NCBI GenBank assembly: GCA_963783575.1
Contig: CAWAOD010000013.1
Span: forward strand, 64,001-128,000
Length of the DNA: 64,000 nucleotides
Direction: 5' to 3'
From: an uncultured Spirochaetota bacterium
GTDB lineage: Bacteria; Spirochaetota; Brevinematia; Brevinematales; JAOACQ01
Shown here piece by piece: positions 40,071-50,891 of the stretch (position 1 is the first letter of the stretch; each line of letters starts with the position of its first letter). A program made the position numbers and the translations under genes. Below the pieces are notes generated by a model, which was given only the letters and a program-made list of their open reading frames with translations, did no database searches and was not told the DNA's origin.

Positions 40071-41861
40071 ATGATGGCTTATAAGAAGTATGTTCTGGTT
40101 TGCGGTGGCGGAAAATGCGAATCGAACAGGTCGAATGAAATTTTTGAAAATATAAATAAAGAATTGATTTCACATGGAATAAAAGATGAAGTACAGGTTG
40201 TAAAAACCGGGTGCTTCGGCTTTTGTGAAGAAGGCCCGGTTGTAAAAATACTTCCGGATGAGATTTTTTACACGAAAGTCAAGCCTGAAGATGCATCGGA
40301 AATTGTTTCCGAACATCTTTTGAAAGGCAGGCCTGTTGCAAGAATTTTGTATGATAATAAATTGAGCAAAACAAATGTAAAAATCGATAATCTTGATTTT
40401 TACCAGAAGCAATTTCGTATTGTGTTGCGGAATTGCGGGGTAATAAATCCTGAAGATATAAATGAATATATCGCAAGGGACGGGTACCTTGGTCTTGAAA
40501 AAGCCCTTTTCGCAATGAAACCAGATGACATTATAAGCGAACTAAAAATTTCAGGCCTCCGCGGAAGAGGCGGCGCCGGGTTCCCGACTTGGCAAAAATG
40601 GATCCTAACCAAACAGGAAAAAGAAAAAACAAAATATGTCGTCTGTAACGCCGATGAAGGTGATCCGGGCGCTTATATGAACAGAAGCACAATCGAGGGC
40701 GACCCGCATTCGCTTCTTGAAGCAATGATAATATGCGGATATACGGTAGGTTCGAATGATGGTTATATCTACATCCGCGCAGAATATCCACTGGCGATAA
40801 AGAGGCTTGAAATAGCCATCGAACAGGCAAAGGAACTTGGACTTCTAGGGAAAAACATCCTTGGAAGCGGCTTTGATTTCGATATTGAGATCCGTCTTGG
40901 AGCGGGGGCTTATGTTTGCGGTGAAGAAACTGCACTGCTCGCTTCAATAGAAGGCAACCGCGGTATGCCAAGGGTAAGGCCTCCATTCCCGGCGACAAAG
41001 GGATTATGGGGGAAGCCAACGGTCATAAACAATGTCGAAACATATGTAAATATTCCGGTTATTATTGCAAGAGGCGGGAAATGGTTCGCCGGTATAGGTA
41101 CCGAAACATCTAAAGGAACAAAGGTCTTTGCACTAACCGGGAAAGTTAACAATTCTGGCCTTGTTGAAGTACCGCTTGGCTTAACGCTTCGTGAGATTAT
41201 ATTCGATATAGGCGGCGGAATAAAAGACGGGAAAAAGTTCAAAGCCATCCAGAGCGGCGGACCTTCCGGAGGGGTAATTCCGGAAGAAATCCTGGATACG
41301 CAGATCGATTATGAAAACCTGAGAAAACTAGGCGCCATAATGGGCTCCGGTGGATTGATAGTGATGGATGAAGACGATTGTATGATAGATATAGCTAAGT
41401 TTTATATAAAGTTTGCCGTAGACGAATCATGCGGGAAATGCTCGCCATGCCGGATCGGAGGAAGACAGCTTCTTGAAATACTCGACAGGATAAGTATCGG
41501 AAAAGGCGAAATGGATTACCTTGACGATATGAAGCGTATATGCTTTGCAATGCAGAAGGCTTCCCTGTGCGGGCTGGGGCAGAACACGCCAAATCCTGTT
41601 TTATCGACTATAAAATATTTCAATGAAGAATATATCGACCATATAAAAAATAAAAAATGTACTTCGGGATCATGCCGAAACCTGATAACATATCTTATCG
41701 ATCCTGATAAATGCGTCGGTTGCGGTCTTTGCGCTATGAAATGCCCCGTGAACTGCATAAGCGGCGAAAAGCGGAAACCGCATACAATTGATCAGATTAA
41801 ATGCATTAAGTGCGGTAACTGCTTCCAGGTATGTAAATTCGGTGCTGTTCTGAAGAGCTGA
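40071..41861 (+). CDS. hndC: NuoF-like FMN/NADH-binding subunit (HndC/HydB)
   Basis: GLRGRGGAGFPT, NADEGDPGAYM, CGEETAL, GGPSGG, ESCGKCSPCR, C-terminal 2x4Fe-4S. Confidence 0.93.
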   Translation: MMAYKKYVLVCGGGKCESNRSNEIFENINKELISHGIKDEVQVVKTGCFGFCEEGPVVKILPDEIFYTKVKPEDASEIVSEHLLKGRPVARILYDNKLSKTNVKIDNLDFYQKQFRIVLRNCGVINPEDINEYIARDGYLGLEKALFAMKPDDIISELKISGLRGRGGAGFPTWQKWILTKQEKEKTKYVVCNADEGDPGAYMNRSTIEGDPHSLLEAMIICGYTVGSNDGYIYIRAEYPLAIKRLEIAIEQAKELGLLGKNILGSGFDFDIEIRLGAGAYVCGEETALLASIEGNRGMPRVRPPFPATKGLWGKPTVINNVETYVNIPVIIARGGKWFAGIGTETSKGTKVFALTGKVNNSGLVEVPLGLTLREIIFDIGGGIKDGKKFKAIQSGGPSGGVIPEEILDTQIDYENLRKLGAIMGSGGLIVMDEDDCMIDIAKFYIKFAVDESCGKCSPCRIGGRQLLEILDRISIGKGEMDYLDDMKRICFAMQKASLCGLGQNTPNPVLSTIKYFNEEYIDHIKNKKCTSGSCRNLITYLIDPDKCVGCGLCAMKCPVNCISGEKRKPHTIDQIKCIKCGNCFQVCKFGAVLKS

Positions 41862-41872
41862 GGAGGAAAATA

Positions 41873-43633
41873 ATGGACAAACCAAAAAAAATAAATATTA
41901 AAATAAATGATATTCCGCTCATAGTTGAACAGGGGATATCTATTCTTGAAGCGGCAAAAAGGGTACAGATAAATATACCTAAACTTTGCCACCATCCCGA
42001 TCTTCCCCCGAGTGCCGCATGCGGATTATGTATCGTTAAGATCAAAGGTTCTGCGAAAATGACTCGTTCATGCGCGACTCAAGCTGAAGAGGGAATGGAA
42101 ATCATTACACATGACCCCGAGATTTATGAAATACGGAGAACTGTCCTCGAACTCATACTTTCAAATCATCCGAACGATTGTCTTCAATGCCCGAGAAACG
42201 GGAATTGTGAACTACAGCAGCTTGCCGGGGATTTCGGGATACGAGAAGTGCCTTTTACACGAATGCTTTCGAATATTCCGGCCGATCATTCTACAGCGTC
42301 ACTTGTTTTAAATCCTGAAAAATGCGTCAAATGCGGGCGGTGTGTGGAAGTCTGCCAGATTATGCAGAATGTCTGGGCGATAGAATTCATAGGCAGAGGC
42401 TACGATATGAGAATTGCTCCTTCAGCCGATGTAAGACTGAACGACAGCCCATGCATAAAGTGCGGCCAGTGTACGGCTCATTGTCCTGTCGGCGCTTTAT
42501 ACGAAAAGAGCGATAATACAAGGGTCTGGGAAGGTCTCAGAAACCCGGATTTACACAAAGTCGTACAGATTGCGCCGGCGACAAGGGTCGCTCTTGGAGA
42601 GGCGTTCGGACTTGAACCGGGCGTTGTTACAACTAAAAAAATGTATACAATATTAAGGCGTCTGGGCTTTGATGCCATATTTGACACAAACTTCGGCGCC
42701 GACCTGACAATTATGGAAGAAGCCTCCGAGTTCGTAGAGCGTTTTGTCAATAAAAAAGGGTGTATGCCTCTCATAACCACATGCTGCCCGGCCTGGGTCG
42801 ATTATCTTGAAAAATTCTACCCCGAGATGATCCCCCATTTTTCCTCGGCTAAATCCCCTCATGAAATGACCGGAGTACTTTCAAAAACATATTATGCGGA
42901 AAAGAATGAAATCGATCCATCCAGGATATTTATGGTTTCAATAATGCCCTGTACAGCTAAAAAATATGAGATTTCCAGAACTGACGAAATGTTTGCAAGC
43001 GGTTATCAGGATATTGACGTGGTTTTGACCACCCGCGAACTTTCCAGAATGATAAAGGCATCTGGAATAGACTTCTTAAAACTGCCCGATTCCGAACCGG
43101 ATTCGATCCTCGGCGATTATTCAGGTGCAGGAACCATCTTCGGAGCAACCGGGGGAGTCATGGAAGCTGCCCTGCGGACAGCTTATCATTTGATCACCGG
43201 TAATGAGCTTCAGAATGTGGATTTGATGGAAACAAGAGGGCTTGCAGGTATTAAAACCGCTACTATTGACATTAATGGTACCGATGTAAAAATAGCCATA
43301 GCTCATGGATTAGCTAATGTGGCTGCTATACTTGAGGAAGTCAAAAAAGCTCAAAAGAACGGTTCTGAAATGCCCTATGACTTTATAGAAGTTATGGCCT
43401 GCAGGGGCGGTTGTGTCGGTGGTGGAGGACAGCCATACGGAGCCACCGATGAGATACGTAAAATGAGAGCTATGGGACTTTATGAAGACGACCGGGATCA
43501 TAAAATCAGGTGTTCACATCAAAACCCTTATATAAAGCAGCTTTATGATGAATTTCTCGGTACGCCGTTATCCGAGAAGTGCCATAAGCTTTTGCACACA
43601 AAGTATCATGAAAGGCCATTATATAATAAATAA
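41873..43633 (+). CDS. hndD: Group A3 [FeFe]-hydrogenase catalytic subunit (HndD/HydA)
   Basis: H-cluster motifs TTCCPAW, MPCTAKKYE, EVMACRGGCVGGGGQP; N-terminal 2Fe-2S, His-ligated and 2x4Fe-4S clusters. Confidence 0.95.
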   Translation: MDKPKKINIKINDIPLIVEQGISILEAAKRVQINIPKLCHHPDLPPSAACGLCIVKIKGSAKMTRSCATQAEEGMEIITHDPEIYEIRRTVLELILSNHPNDCLQCPRNGNCELQQLAGDFGIREVPFTRMLSNIPADHSTASLVLNPEKCVKCGRCVEVCQIMQNVWAIEFIGRGYDMRIAPSADVRLNDSPCIKCGQCTAHCPVGALYEKSDNTRVWEGLRNPDLHKVVQIAPATRVALGEAFGLEPGVVTTKKMYTILRRLGFDAIFDTNFGADLTIMEEASEFVERFVNKKGCMPLITTCCPAWVDYLEKFYPEMIPHFSSAKSPHEMTGVLSKTYYAEKNEIDPSRIFMVSIMPCTAKKYEISRTDEMFASGYQDIDVVLTTRELSRMIKASGIDFLKLPDSEPDSILGDYSGAGTIFGATGGVMEAALRTAYHLITGNELQNVDLMETRGLAGIKTATIDINGTDVKIAIAHGLANVAAILEEVKKAQKNGSEMPYDFIEVMACRGGCVGGGGQPYGATDEIRKMRAMGLYEDDRDHKIRCSHQNPYIKQLYDEFLGTPLSEKCHKLLHTKYHERPLYNK

Positions 43634-43751
43634 ACAGGGAATATTTTGACCAAACCTGTAATGTCAATTAAAATAATTAAACTTTGTTTGGGTTTGATTT
43701 ACTTTATAGTAACTATATTTTTAAGATCTTAATAAAACAGGTTTAGTTAAA

Positions 43752-44246
43752 ATGGATGAATACCGTTTCCTTGAAATGACTGAAAATCATATAATTGATG
43801 TTCTTGAAATTTATAATTATTATATCCTCAACTCTACGGCAACCTTTCACATGCATCCGCTTTCAAAAGAAGAAATTAAACATCTTTTATTTTTTGACAA
43901 TCCCAAACACAGGTCTTTTAAAATAGAAAGCAATGGAAAAACTTGCGGTTACTGCATTCTGCATGGTTATTCCCCCCGTGAGGCTTATGATGGGACCGCG
44001 GAGGTTTCCGTATATTTGAAACCCGGATTTACCGGTAAAGGAATCGGGAGCCTGGCCGTCGATTTTCTTGAAGAATGGGGTAAGAAACAGGAATTACATG
44101 TTCTGATTGCCGGAATTTGCGCTGAAAACACAGCCAGCATTAACCTATTCAAAAAGAAGGGCTTTATTCAGCGCAGTCATTTTAAGGAAACGGGGTATAA
44201 GTTCGGAAGATGGCTGGATGTTTTCCATTTTGAAAAAATTATATAA
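43752..44246 (+). CDS. GNAT N-acetyltransferase (phosphinothricin/YncA type)
   Basis: IYNYYI.NSTATF, SVY, GKGIG, N.AS, G.KFGRWLD. Confidence 0.88.
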   Translation: MDEYRFLEMTENHIIDVLEIYNYYILNSTATFHMHPLSKEEIKHLLFFDNPKHRSFKIESNGKTCGYCILHGYSPREAYDGTAEVSVYLKPGFTGKGIGSLAVDFLEEWGKKQELHVLIAGICAENTASINLFKKKGFIQRSHFKETGYKFGRWLDVFHFEKII

Positions 44247-44294
44247 CCCTTCGATACTTCGACATGTTCAGTACAGGCTCAGCTCAGGGCAGGC
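44247..44294. repeat. Nested REP-like element (CTTCGA..GCTCAG..CAGGC type)
   Basis: Outer CCCTTCGA...GCTCAGGGCAGGC with inner TACTTCGACATGTTCAGTACAGGC. Confidence 0.55.
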
Positions 44295-44371
44295 TTCTTG
44301 ATTAATGTATTTAAGAAAATACTTTATATTAAAATATGGATGCAACATCATGTTGCCAAGTGAGGTAGATT

Positions 44372-45214
44372 ATGTTCAGGATTTTGGAAAAATATCCGCT
44401 GGGACCAAAGATACACTTTGCGTTGATGGAAGCGCCTTTGATAGCCCGTAAGGCAGAAGCCGGCCAGTTTGTAATTGTCAGGGCATCTGAAAAGGGGGAA
44501 AGAATCCCCCTGACAATAGCGGATTTTGACAGGAAAGCAGGTACGATCAGCCTTGTGTTTCAGGAGATGGGAAAATCGACACATCAGCTCGGCGCTCTGA
44601 AAGCAGGGGATCATTTATTGGATTTGCTGGGCCCGCAGGGAAACCCGACTGAGGTTGAAAATTTCGGTAATGTTGTTCTAATTGGAGGCGGCATTGGAAT
44701 TGCGCCTGTTTATCCGCTTGCTAAAAAATTAAGGGAAAATGGGAACAGGGTTATTACGATCATCGGTTACCGCTCAAAAGAATATGTTTTCTGGGAAGAT
44801 AAAATGAAAGCGTCCTCCGATAGTCTTATTATAGCTACTAATGACGGCTCATACGGGGAAAAAGGGTTCGTTACGGATATGCTAAAAAAATTGATGGAAA
44901 ATAATGATAAAATAGAAAGAATTTTCGCAATTGGTCCTGCGGTCATGATGAAAGCAGTTGCCGATATGACGAGAGAGACAGGTATAACAACTATTGTAAG
45001 CCTGAACTCTCTTATGGTTTGTGGTATGGGTATGTGCGGCGCATGCCGTGTCACCGTAGACAGTAGGACAAAATTCACCTGCATGGATGGCCCGGATTTT
45101 GACGGTCACAAAGTTAATTTCAAAGAATTGATGCAGAGACTTTCAACTTATAAGGACGATGAATTTCAATGCCTAGAAACATGGAAAAGGGAGTGTCAAT
45201 ATGTCGGACAATAA
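44372..45214 (+). CDS. nfnA: NfnA/SudB small subunit of NADH-dependent ferredoxin:NADP oxidoreductase
   Basis: GQFVIVR, GERIPLTIAD, GGGIGIAP, MVCGMGMCGACRV...CMDGPDF. Confidence 0.9.
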   Translation: MFRILEKYPLGPKIHFALMEAPLIARKAEAGQFVIVRASEKGERIPLTIADFDRKAGTISLVFQEMGKSTHQLGALKAGDHLLDLLGPQGNPTEVENFGNVVLIGGGIGIAPVYPLAKKLRENGNRVITIIGYRSKEYVFWEDKMKASSDSLIIATNDGSYGEKGFVTDMLKKLMENNDKIERIFAIGPAVMMKAVADMTRETGITTIVSLNSLMVCGMGMCGACRVTVDSRTKFTCMDGPDFDGHKVNFKELMQRLSTYKDDEFQCLETWKRECQYVGQ

Positions 45215-46652
45215 TATGAATAAGACGCCAATCCGTCCAAAACCTGCAGGTCCTAAAAAAACAGCCGTACCTATGAGGGAGCAGCCGCCGGAAGTAAGAA
45301 AAAGAAATTTTGATGAAGTCCCTTATGGATATTCGGAAGAAGAGGCAATGGAAGAGGCGGCACGCTGCCTTCAATGTAAAAATAAACCCTGCATTGCCGG
45401 GTGCCCTGTCTCTATTGAAATACCGGCATTCATTAAAGCCATCCGCAGTAAGGATTATCAAAAAGCCATTGACATTATTCATGAAACCGACTCGCTTCCA
45501 TGTGTTACCGGAAGGGTTTGTCCCCAGGAAGATCAATGCCAGGCTTTTTGTGTTGTAGGTAAAATAGGAGAACCGGTATCAATAGGCAGATTGGAGCGTT
45601 TTGCCGCGGATTGGGAAATGAACCTTAAAACCGGCCAGACTAATTCAACACCGGTTACTTCTACTTTAAAAAATACTAAAGTCGCAATTATCGGGTCAGG
45701 ACCGGCTGGAGTTACATGTGCCGCCGATCTTGCCAGGATGGGATATGAAGTAACTGTCTTTGAGGGCTTTCATAAACTTGGAGGAGTTCTGGTTTACGGC
45801 ATACCGGAGTTCCGTCTTCCTAAGGCTATAGTCCAGGCTGAAATAATAGCCCTTGAAAGAATGGGGGTAAAGTTTGTCACCAATGCACTGATCGGAAGGG
45901 TCTTTACGATTGAGGACCTTATCAAACATATGAATTTTAAAGCCGTATTTATTGCAACCGGTGCCGGGCTTCCGAATTTTATGAACATCCCCGGTGAAAA
46001 TTTAAACGGGGTTTATTCAGCGAATGAATTCCTTACACGTGTAAATCTTATGAAGGCTTATCTTTCAGGGGAATACGATACGCCTGTTATGCGCGGCAGG
46101 AATGTGGCAGTTATAGGCGGCGGAAATGTGGCCATGGATGCGGCGAGAACAGCTTTAAGGCTTGGAGCAGAACATGTTTATCTCGTTTACAGGAGAACCG
46201 AGAAAGAGATGCCCGCAAGGATTGAGGAAGTCCACCATGCGAAGGAAGAAGGAATTGAGTTTATGATTTTAACCGCGCCAATACGCTATATTGGTGATGA
46301 AAAAGGCTTTATCAGGCAGATGGAATGTCTGAAAATGGAATTGGGAGAACCGGATGAATCGGGAAGAAGAAGCCCTATTCCTGTAAAAGGCTCCGAACTC
46401 ATTACTAATGTGGATGAAGCTATTGTCGCGATAGGAACTACTCCAAATCCAATGATACAAAGGACAACCCCGGGCTTGAATTTTAAACGCAAGGGAGAAA
46501 TCGAGGCTGATGAATGGGGGAAAACTTCCATGCCCGGTGTTTATGCCGGGGGCGACATCGTTACCGGCGCCGCTACGGTTGTAACAGCTATGGGAGCAGG
46601 AAGGAAAGCTGCTGTTGCTATTAACCGTTATTTATCTGAATTATTCCGGTAA
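45201..46652 (+). CDS. nfnB: NfnB/SudA large subunit (GltD-like)
   Basis: EAARCLQC, CPV, GRVCPQEDQC, GSGPAG, YGIPEFRLPK, GGGNVAMD, GGDIVTGAATV. Confidence 0.9.
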   Translation: MSDNNMNKTPIRPKPAGPKKTAVPMREQPPEVRKRNFDEVPYGYSEEEAMEEAARCLQCKNKPCIAGCPVSIEIPAFIKAIRSKDYQKAIDIIHETDSLPCVTGRVCPQEDQCQAFCVVGKIGEPVSIGRLERFAADWEMNLKTGQTNSTPVTSTLKNTKVAIIGSGPAGVTCAADLARMGYEVTVFEGFHKLGGVLVYGIPEFRLPKAIVQAEIIALERMGVKFVTNALIGRVFTIEDLIKHMNFKAVFIATGAGLPNFMNIPGENLNGVYSANEFLTRVNLMKAYLSGEYDTPVMRGRNVAVIGGGNVAMDAARTALRLGAEHVYLVYRRTEKEMPARIEEVHHAKEEGIEFMILTAPIRYIGDEKGFIRQMECLKMELGEPDESGRRSPIPVKGSELITNVDEAIVAIGTTPNPMIQRTTPGLNFKRKGEIEADEWGKTSMPGVYAGGDIVTGAATVVTAMGAGRKAAVAINRYLSELFR

Positions 46653-46858
46653 TTTTATCAGCATCTAATCTGATGACTTCATGATTGTATTCTAACCTAT
46701 TTATAATTAAAGCGGTTATTATTTAACCACGTATTCCCATCATGATTAATTATTAAACATTCTTTTATTCATATTAGTATAATCTTCAGCACTCAATTAT
46801 AAACCTATCTATATGCCGGGAATTAAGTTAAAAATTTACACGATAAAATAATACAAAT

Positions 46859-46874
46859 TGGCATAGTATTTGAT
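46859..46874 (+). promoter_or_regulatory. Putative sigma54 (-24/-12) promoter of amtB-glnK
   Basis: TGGCATAGTATTTGAT: GG and GA at exact -24/-12 spacing, one deviation from TTGC. Confidence 0.5.
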
Positions 46875-46909
46875 ATAGAAACAAAAATGTATATTTGGAG
46901 GTACCCGGC

Positions 46910-48244
46910 ATGAAGGTATATAAAAAGATAATAATAATTTTAATGATTGTATTTTCGGCAGCCATAATATATGGTCAGGATACAGCCGCGGCGGTAATAA
47001 ATTCCGGCGATACATCCTGGCTTTTAATGTCAAGTGCTCTTGTTTTATTAATGACGGTTCCCGGGCTGGCCCTTTTTTACGGCGGTATGGTCAGGCATAA
47101 AAATATTTTGTCAACGTTTTACTACAGCTTCAGTTCGGCTATTATTGTCAGCGCTCTCTGGGTAATAGTTCAGTATACCCTGGCTTTCGGAAAAGACGCA
47201 GGCGGCATTATCGGATCGCTTGAAAAGGCCTTTTTTAATGGGATCGGAAACAATACCGTTTATCCGGGACAGACCATACCGGAATATGTGTTTTCGGCAT
47301 TTCAAATGATGTTTGCTATAATCACGGTTGCTCTTATATCCGGATCAGTTGTTGAAAGAATGAATTTTAAAGCATGGATACTGTTTGTCATTTTATGGTC
47401 ATTACTGGTTTATACTCCTCTTGCTCATTGGGTCTGGGGCGGAGGCTGGCTATCCAGCATCGGGAAACTTTTCGGCAAACCGGATTTAGGTGTCCTGGAT
47501 TTTGCCGGAGGTCTTGTTGTTCATATTTCATCAGGGATCTCCGCATTAGTTGCTGCGATTTACCTGGGAAAAAGGATCGGTTACCCGAAGGAAGCGATTT
47601 TGCCTAATAATGTGGCAATGACCTTTATCGGAACAGGGCTTCTCTGGTTCGGATGGTTCGGATTCAACGCAGGAAGTGCCATTGCCTCCAACGGACAGGC
47701 GGGAAGCGCCTTTCTGGTCACAAACACCGCGGCTGTTTTTGCATCGATTACCTGGATAATAATAGAATGGATCAGGAATAAAAAACCCAGTATGATCGGT
47801 GGAGTAAGCGGTCTTGTGGCTGGTCTTGCAACAATCACTCCGGCCTCTGGTTTTGTAAGCATCAGGACCGCAATATTAATAGGCATTGCCGCCTCCCTCA
47901 TATCATATTATTTTGTGGCAATTGTGAAGAATCACTTTAAATACGATGATTCACTTGATGTTTTCGGAGTTCATGGAATTGGGGGCACAATTGGAATATT
48001 ATTCGCAGGTCTTTTTGCAAACCCTTCTATCGGAGGAAAAGCTGGACTTTTCTTTGGAGTTCCGGTACAATTTATCATACAGATTATAGGTGCGGCGGCA
48101 GGTTATCTTTTAGCAATTTGTGGTACAATAATAATTCTCTTTTTAATTGAAAAAGTATTCCGTATACCTTTGCGGGTTGTATCGGCAGAAGAAGTAACCG
48201 GTCTCGACCTTGCTCAACACGGTGAAAGGGCTGAAACAAAATAA
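46910..48244 (+). CDS. amtB: Ammonium transporter
   Basis: PGLALFYGG, FQMMFA, DFAGGLVVH, WFGWFGFNAGS, DDSLDVFGVHG. Confidence 0.95.
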   Translation: MKVYKKIIIILMIVFSAAIIYGQDTAAAVINSGDTSWLLMSSALVLLMTVPGLALFYGGMVRHKNILSTFYYSFSSAIIVSALWVIVQYTLAFGKDAGGIIGSLEKAFFNGIGNNTVYPGQTIPEYVFSAFQMMFAIITVALISGSVVERMNFKAWILFVILWSLLVYTPLAHWVWGGGWLSSIGKLFGKPDLGVLDFAGGLVVHISSGISALVAAIYLGKRIGYPKEAILPNNVAMTFIGTGLLWFGWFGFNAGSAIASNGQAGSAFLVTNTAAVFASITWIIIEWIRNKKPSMIGGVSGLVAGLATITPASGFVSIRTAILIGIAASLISYYFVAIVKNHFKYDDSLDVFGVHGIGGTIGILFAGLFANPSIGGKAGLFFGVPVQFIIQIIGAAAGYLLAICGTIIILFLIEKVFRIPLRVVSAEEVTGLDLAQHGERAETK

Positions 48245-48255
48245 ATGGAGGATTT

Positions 48256-48594
48256 ATGAAAAAAATTGAGGCAATAATACGGCCTGAAAAGTTGGAAAGC
48301 CTGATTGAAAAATTCGACGAGCTTGGATATACCGGAGTAACAGTTACAAACGTAGAAGGTCATGGAAGGCAGAAGGGCGTTAAAGAAATTTTTCGGGGAA
48401 GGGAATATGATATAAAATTCATACCGAAAACTAAAGTAGAGATAATTACTACGGATGAAAAAGCAGAAAAGATAATCAACGCGATTGTCACAACCTCTCA
48501 AACCGGGCAGATCGGTGATGGGAAAATATTTGTAATAAATGTGGAAGACGTTATAAGGGTGAGGACAAAAGAGAGGGGAGAAGCTGCAGTTTAG
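48256..48594 (+). CDS. glnK: P-II nitrogen regulatory protein
   Basis: MKKIEAIIRP, G.GRQKG, RG.EY, TGQIGDGKIF; adjacent to amtB. Confidence 0.93.
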   Translation: MKKIEAIIRPEKLESLIEKFDELGYTGVTVTNVEGHGRQKGVKEIFRGREYDIKFIPKTKVEIITTDEKAEKIINAIVTTSQTGQIGDGKIFVINVEDVIRVRTKERGEAAV

Positions 48595-48611
48595 TCATGG
48601 TAAACCCGGTA

Positions 48612-48896
48612 TTAATAGAACTTGATAGTAAAAGAATCGTACTCATTATTGTCAACATTTTCCAGAGTGTATTTCACATCCTCTATATATGACATCTCCG
48701 GGCCTTCCTGCAGTTTAAAGATCAGTTCCGCGATGTTAGCTGGAGTTCCCACGCCCAGGACTTTAACATTACCGTCTGGCAGATTACATACCCAGCCGGT
48801 AATTCCAAGCGAATTCGCTGCTCTTTCGACAAAATACCGGAATCCAACACCCTGAACCCTTCCAATCACAACTGCTTCCAGTTTTTTAAATGCCAT
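48612..48896 (-). CDS. acyP: Acylphosphatase
   Basis: GRVQGVGFR, GWVCNLPDG.V. Confidence 0.92.
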   Translation of the reverse strand: MAFKKLEAVVIGRVQGVGFRYFVERAANSLGITGWVCNLPDGNVKVLGVGTPANIAELIFKLQEGPEMSYIEDVKYTLENVDNNEYDSFTIKFY

Positions 48897-48911
48897 CTTA
48901 ATACCTGTGAT

Positions 48912-49523
48912 TCATTTTGTGAATAATACCGCGCATGCTTCGGAAAATAAATTTGGGTAAAACATATTTTTATGATAACCATTCCCTGTAATATAAAAAG
49001 TTTTAAGAATCTTTATGTCCCTTTTTTTACAAAAATGCTTAAAATCCGCAAGGGTTAATAAATGAATATTCGGCGTATCATACCACTCATAAGGGAGCGT
49101 TTTTGATTTAGGCATTCTACCTGAAAACAATAGATTTTTCCTTACTTTATAATAACCGAAATTCGGAAAACTGACAAGCCCGAATTTTCCGATGCGAAGT
49201 ATCTCATCGATCAATTTATCGGGATATTTTACTTCCTGGATTGTCTGGCTCAATATGACATAATCATAGGTTTTATCGTTAATTCCATTGAATCTCTGGT
49301 TAAGATCATGCTCGATCACCGGAATTCCCTTATCGATACAGCTCATCATTCTTTTAAGATCGATCTCAATTCCCATTCCTTTAACATTCTTCCGATTTAT
49401 CAGATAATCAAGCAGGCTCCCGTCTCCGCAGCCCAGGTCAAGGACGCTGCTGCCCGGCTCGATCCAGTCGGCGATTATAGACAGGTCAAAACGGTTATCA
49501 AGAACCGATAATAATTTTTTCAT
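48912..49523 (-). CDS. metW: Methionine biosynthesis protein MetW
   Basis: VLDLGCGDG, SQT.Q, FPNFG, WYDTPNIH; downstream of metX. Confidence 0.92.
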   Translation of the reverse strand: MKKLLSVLDNRFDLSIIADWIEPGSSVLDLGCGDGSLLDYLINRKNVKGMGIEIDLKRMMSCIDKGIPVIEHDLNQRFNGINDKTYDYVILSQTIQEVKYPDKLIDEILRIGKFGLVSFPNFGYYKVRKNLLFSGRMPKSKTLPYEWYDTPNIHLLTLADFKHFCKKRDIKILKTFYITGNGYHKNMFYPNLFSEACAVLFTK

Positions 49524-49550
49524 TTAATTCTCCAATAATCCCTTTATATA

Positions 49551-50715
49551 TCATGAAGTACGCGGATTGTGCAGATTATAAGTTGCGGATAAAAATGTAC
49601 CGACTATTTCGGATTCAGTCTTTATTTCAAGTAAAAAAGCGTCATGCCCGCAGGATGATTCGATATTTACATATGTTACATCCTTATTCCGTTTGAGAAG
49701 GGCATCAACGATTTCTTCCGATTGATACGGAGGGAACAGCCAGTCCGAACTAAAAGAAACCAGAAGAATCCTGGCCTTGATCCTTTCAAAGGCCTTTTCA
49801 AGTATGCCATCCCCGTAAACCTGTGCGGCATCGAAATAAGCCATAGCTTTTGTGATGTAAAGATAGGTGTTGGCATCGAATCTTTCGACAAACTTTGACC
49901 CCTGATAATCAAGGTAGCTTTCCACCTGGAATTCGTTTGAAAAATCATAGCTGAACTGCTCCTTACTCTGGAGCCTCCTGCCGAATTTCCTGTGCATAGA
50001 TTCATCGCTTAAATATGTAATATGCCCGATCATCCTCGCGATCGATAAACCGTTGGAAGGTAAATCTTTATCATAATAATCGCCATTCATCCAGTTTCTA
50101 TCTGAAATGATGGCATTCCTTCCGACAGCGTCAAAAGCGATGCTCTGCGCTGATAGGCGGCTAGTTGCAGCTATAATTATACTGGATTGAGGCGTATCGG
50201 GATATCTGAGAGCCCATTCCAGGGCCTGCATACCGCCCATCGAACCCCCGATTACGGACAGAAGCTTTTGAATGTCCATATGTTCCAGCAAGACCTTCTG
50301 GCACTTAACCATATCCCCGATCGTAACAACGGGAAAGCGGATTCCATAAGGATTACCGGTTTTGGGGTCAATTGATTTAGGGCCGGTTGAACCCATACAA
50401 CCGCCAATTGTATTTGAACAGACAACAAAATATTTATCCGTATCAAGCATTTTACCTGGCCCGATAGCGTCATCCCACCAGCCGGGTTTATTCCCTATAC
50501 TGACTTGAAAACCGGCGGCATGCGCATCCCCGGACGAGGGCATGGCAGACCAAAATCGCGTTGCTTCTCTCTGGGTTCAATTTTCCGTAGGTTTCATAAG
50601 CAATTGTTATGGGTCCGAAGCGTTTCCCCGAATCCAGTTCAAGAAAGTCTTCTTCTTTTTCGGCAAAAGTAAAATATTGTGTTTCGACAATTCCCATGCT
50701 ATTATTATTGTCCAT
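49551..50715 (-). CDS. metX: Homoserine O-acyltransferase, one frameshift near 50535
   Basis: [37 protein letters not shown]. Confidence 0.9.
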
Positions 50716-50891
50716 TAATCTAATACCTCTCATATATATTTTAACAGTATAATGAAATTCTGTAAAAGAAAGTAAAATTCAACAAATCTTAAACAAAACG
50801 ATTTTAAAAGAGTTTACTACACTATTCTTTGCGCTTGTCTCTGCGGCACTTTATAATTTTTAATTATAATATTCAAAATTGGCGGATTTTT

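Noticed and set aside
45201..46652. Glutamate synthase small subunit (gltD) next to amtB
   Set aside because: Paired with an NfnA/SudB gene and no gltB present; architecture fits NfnB
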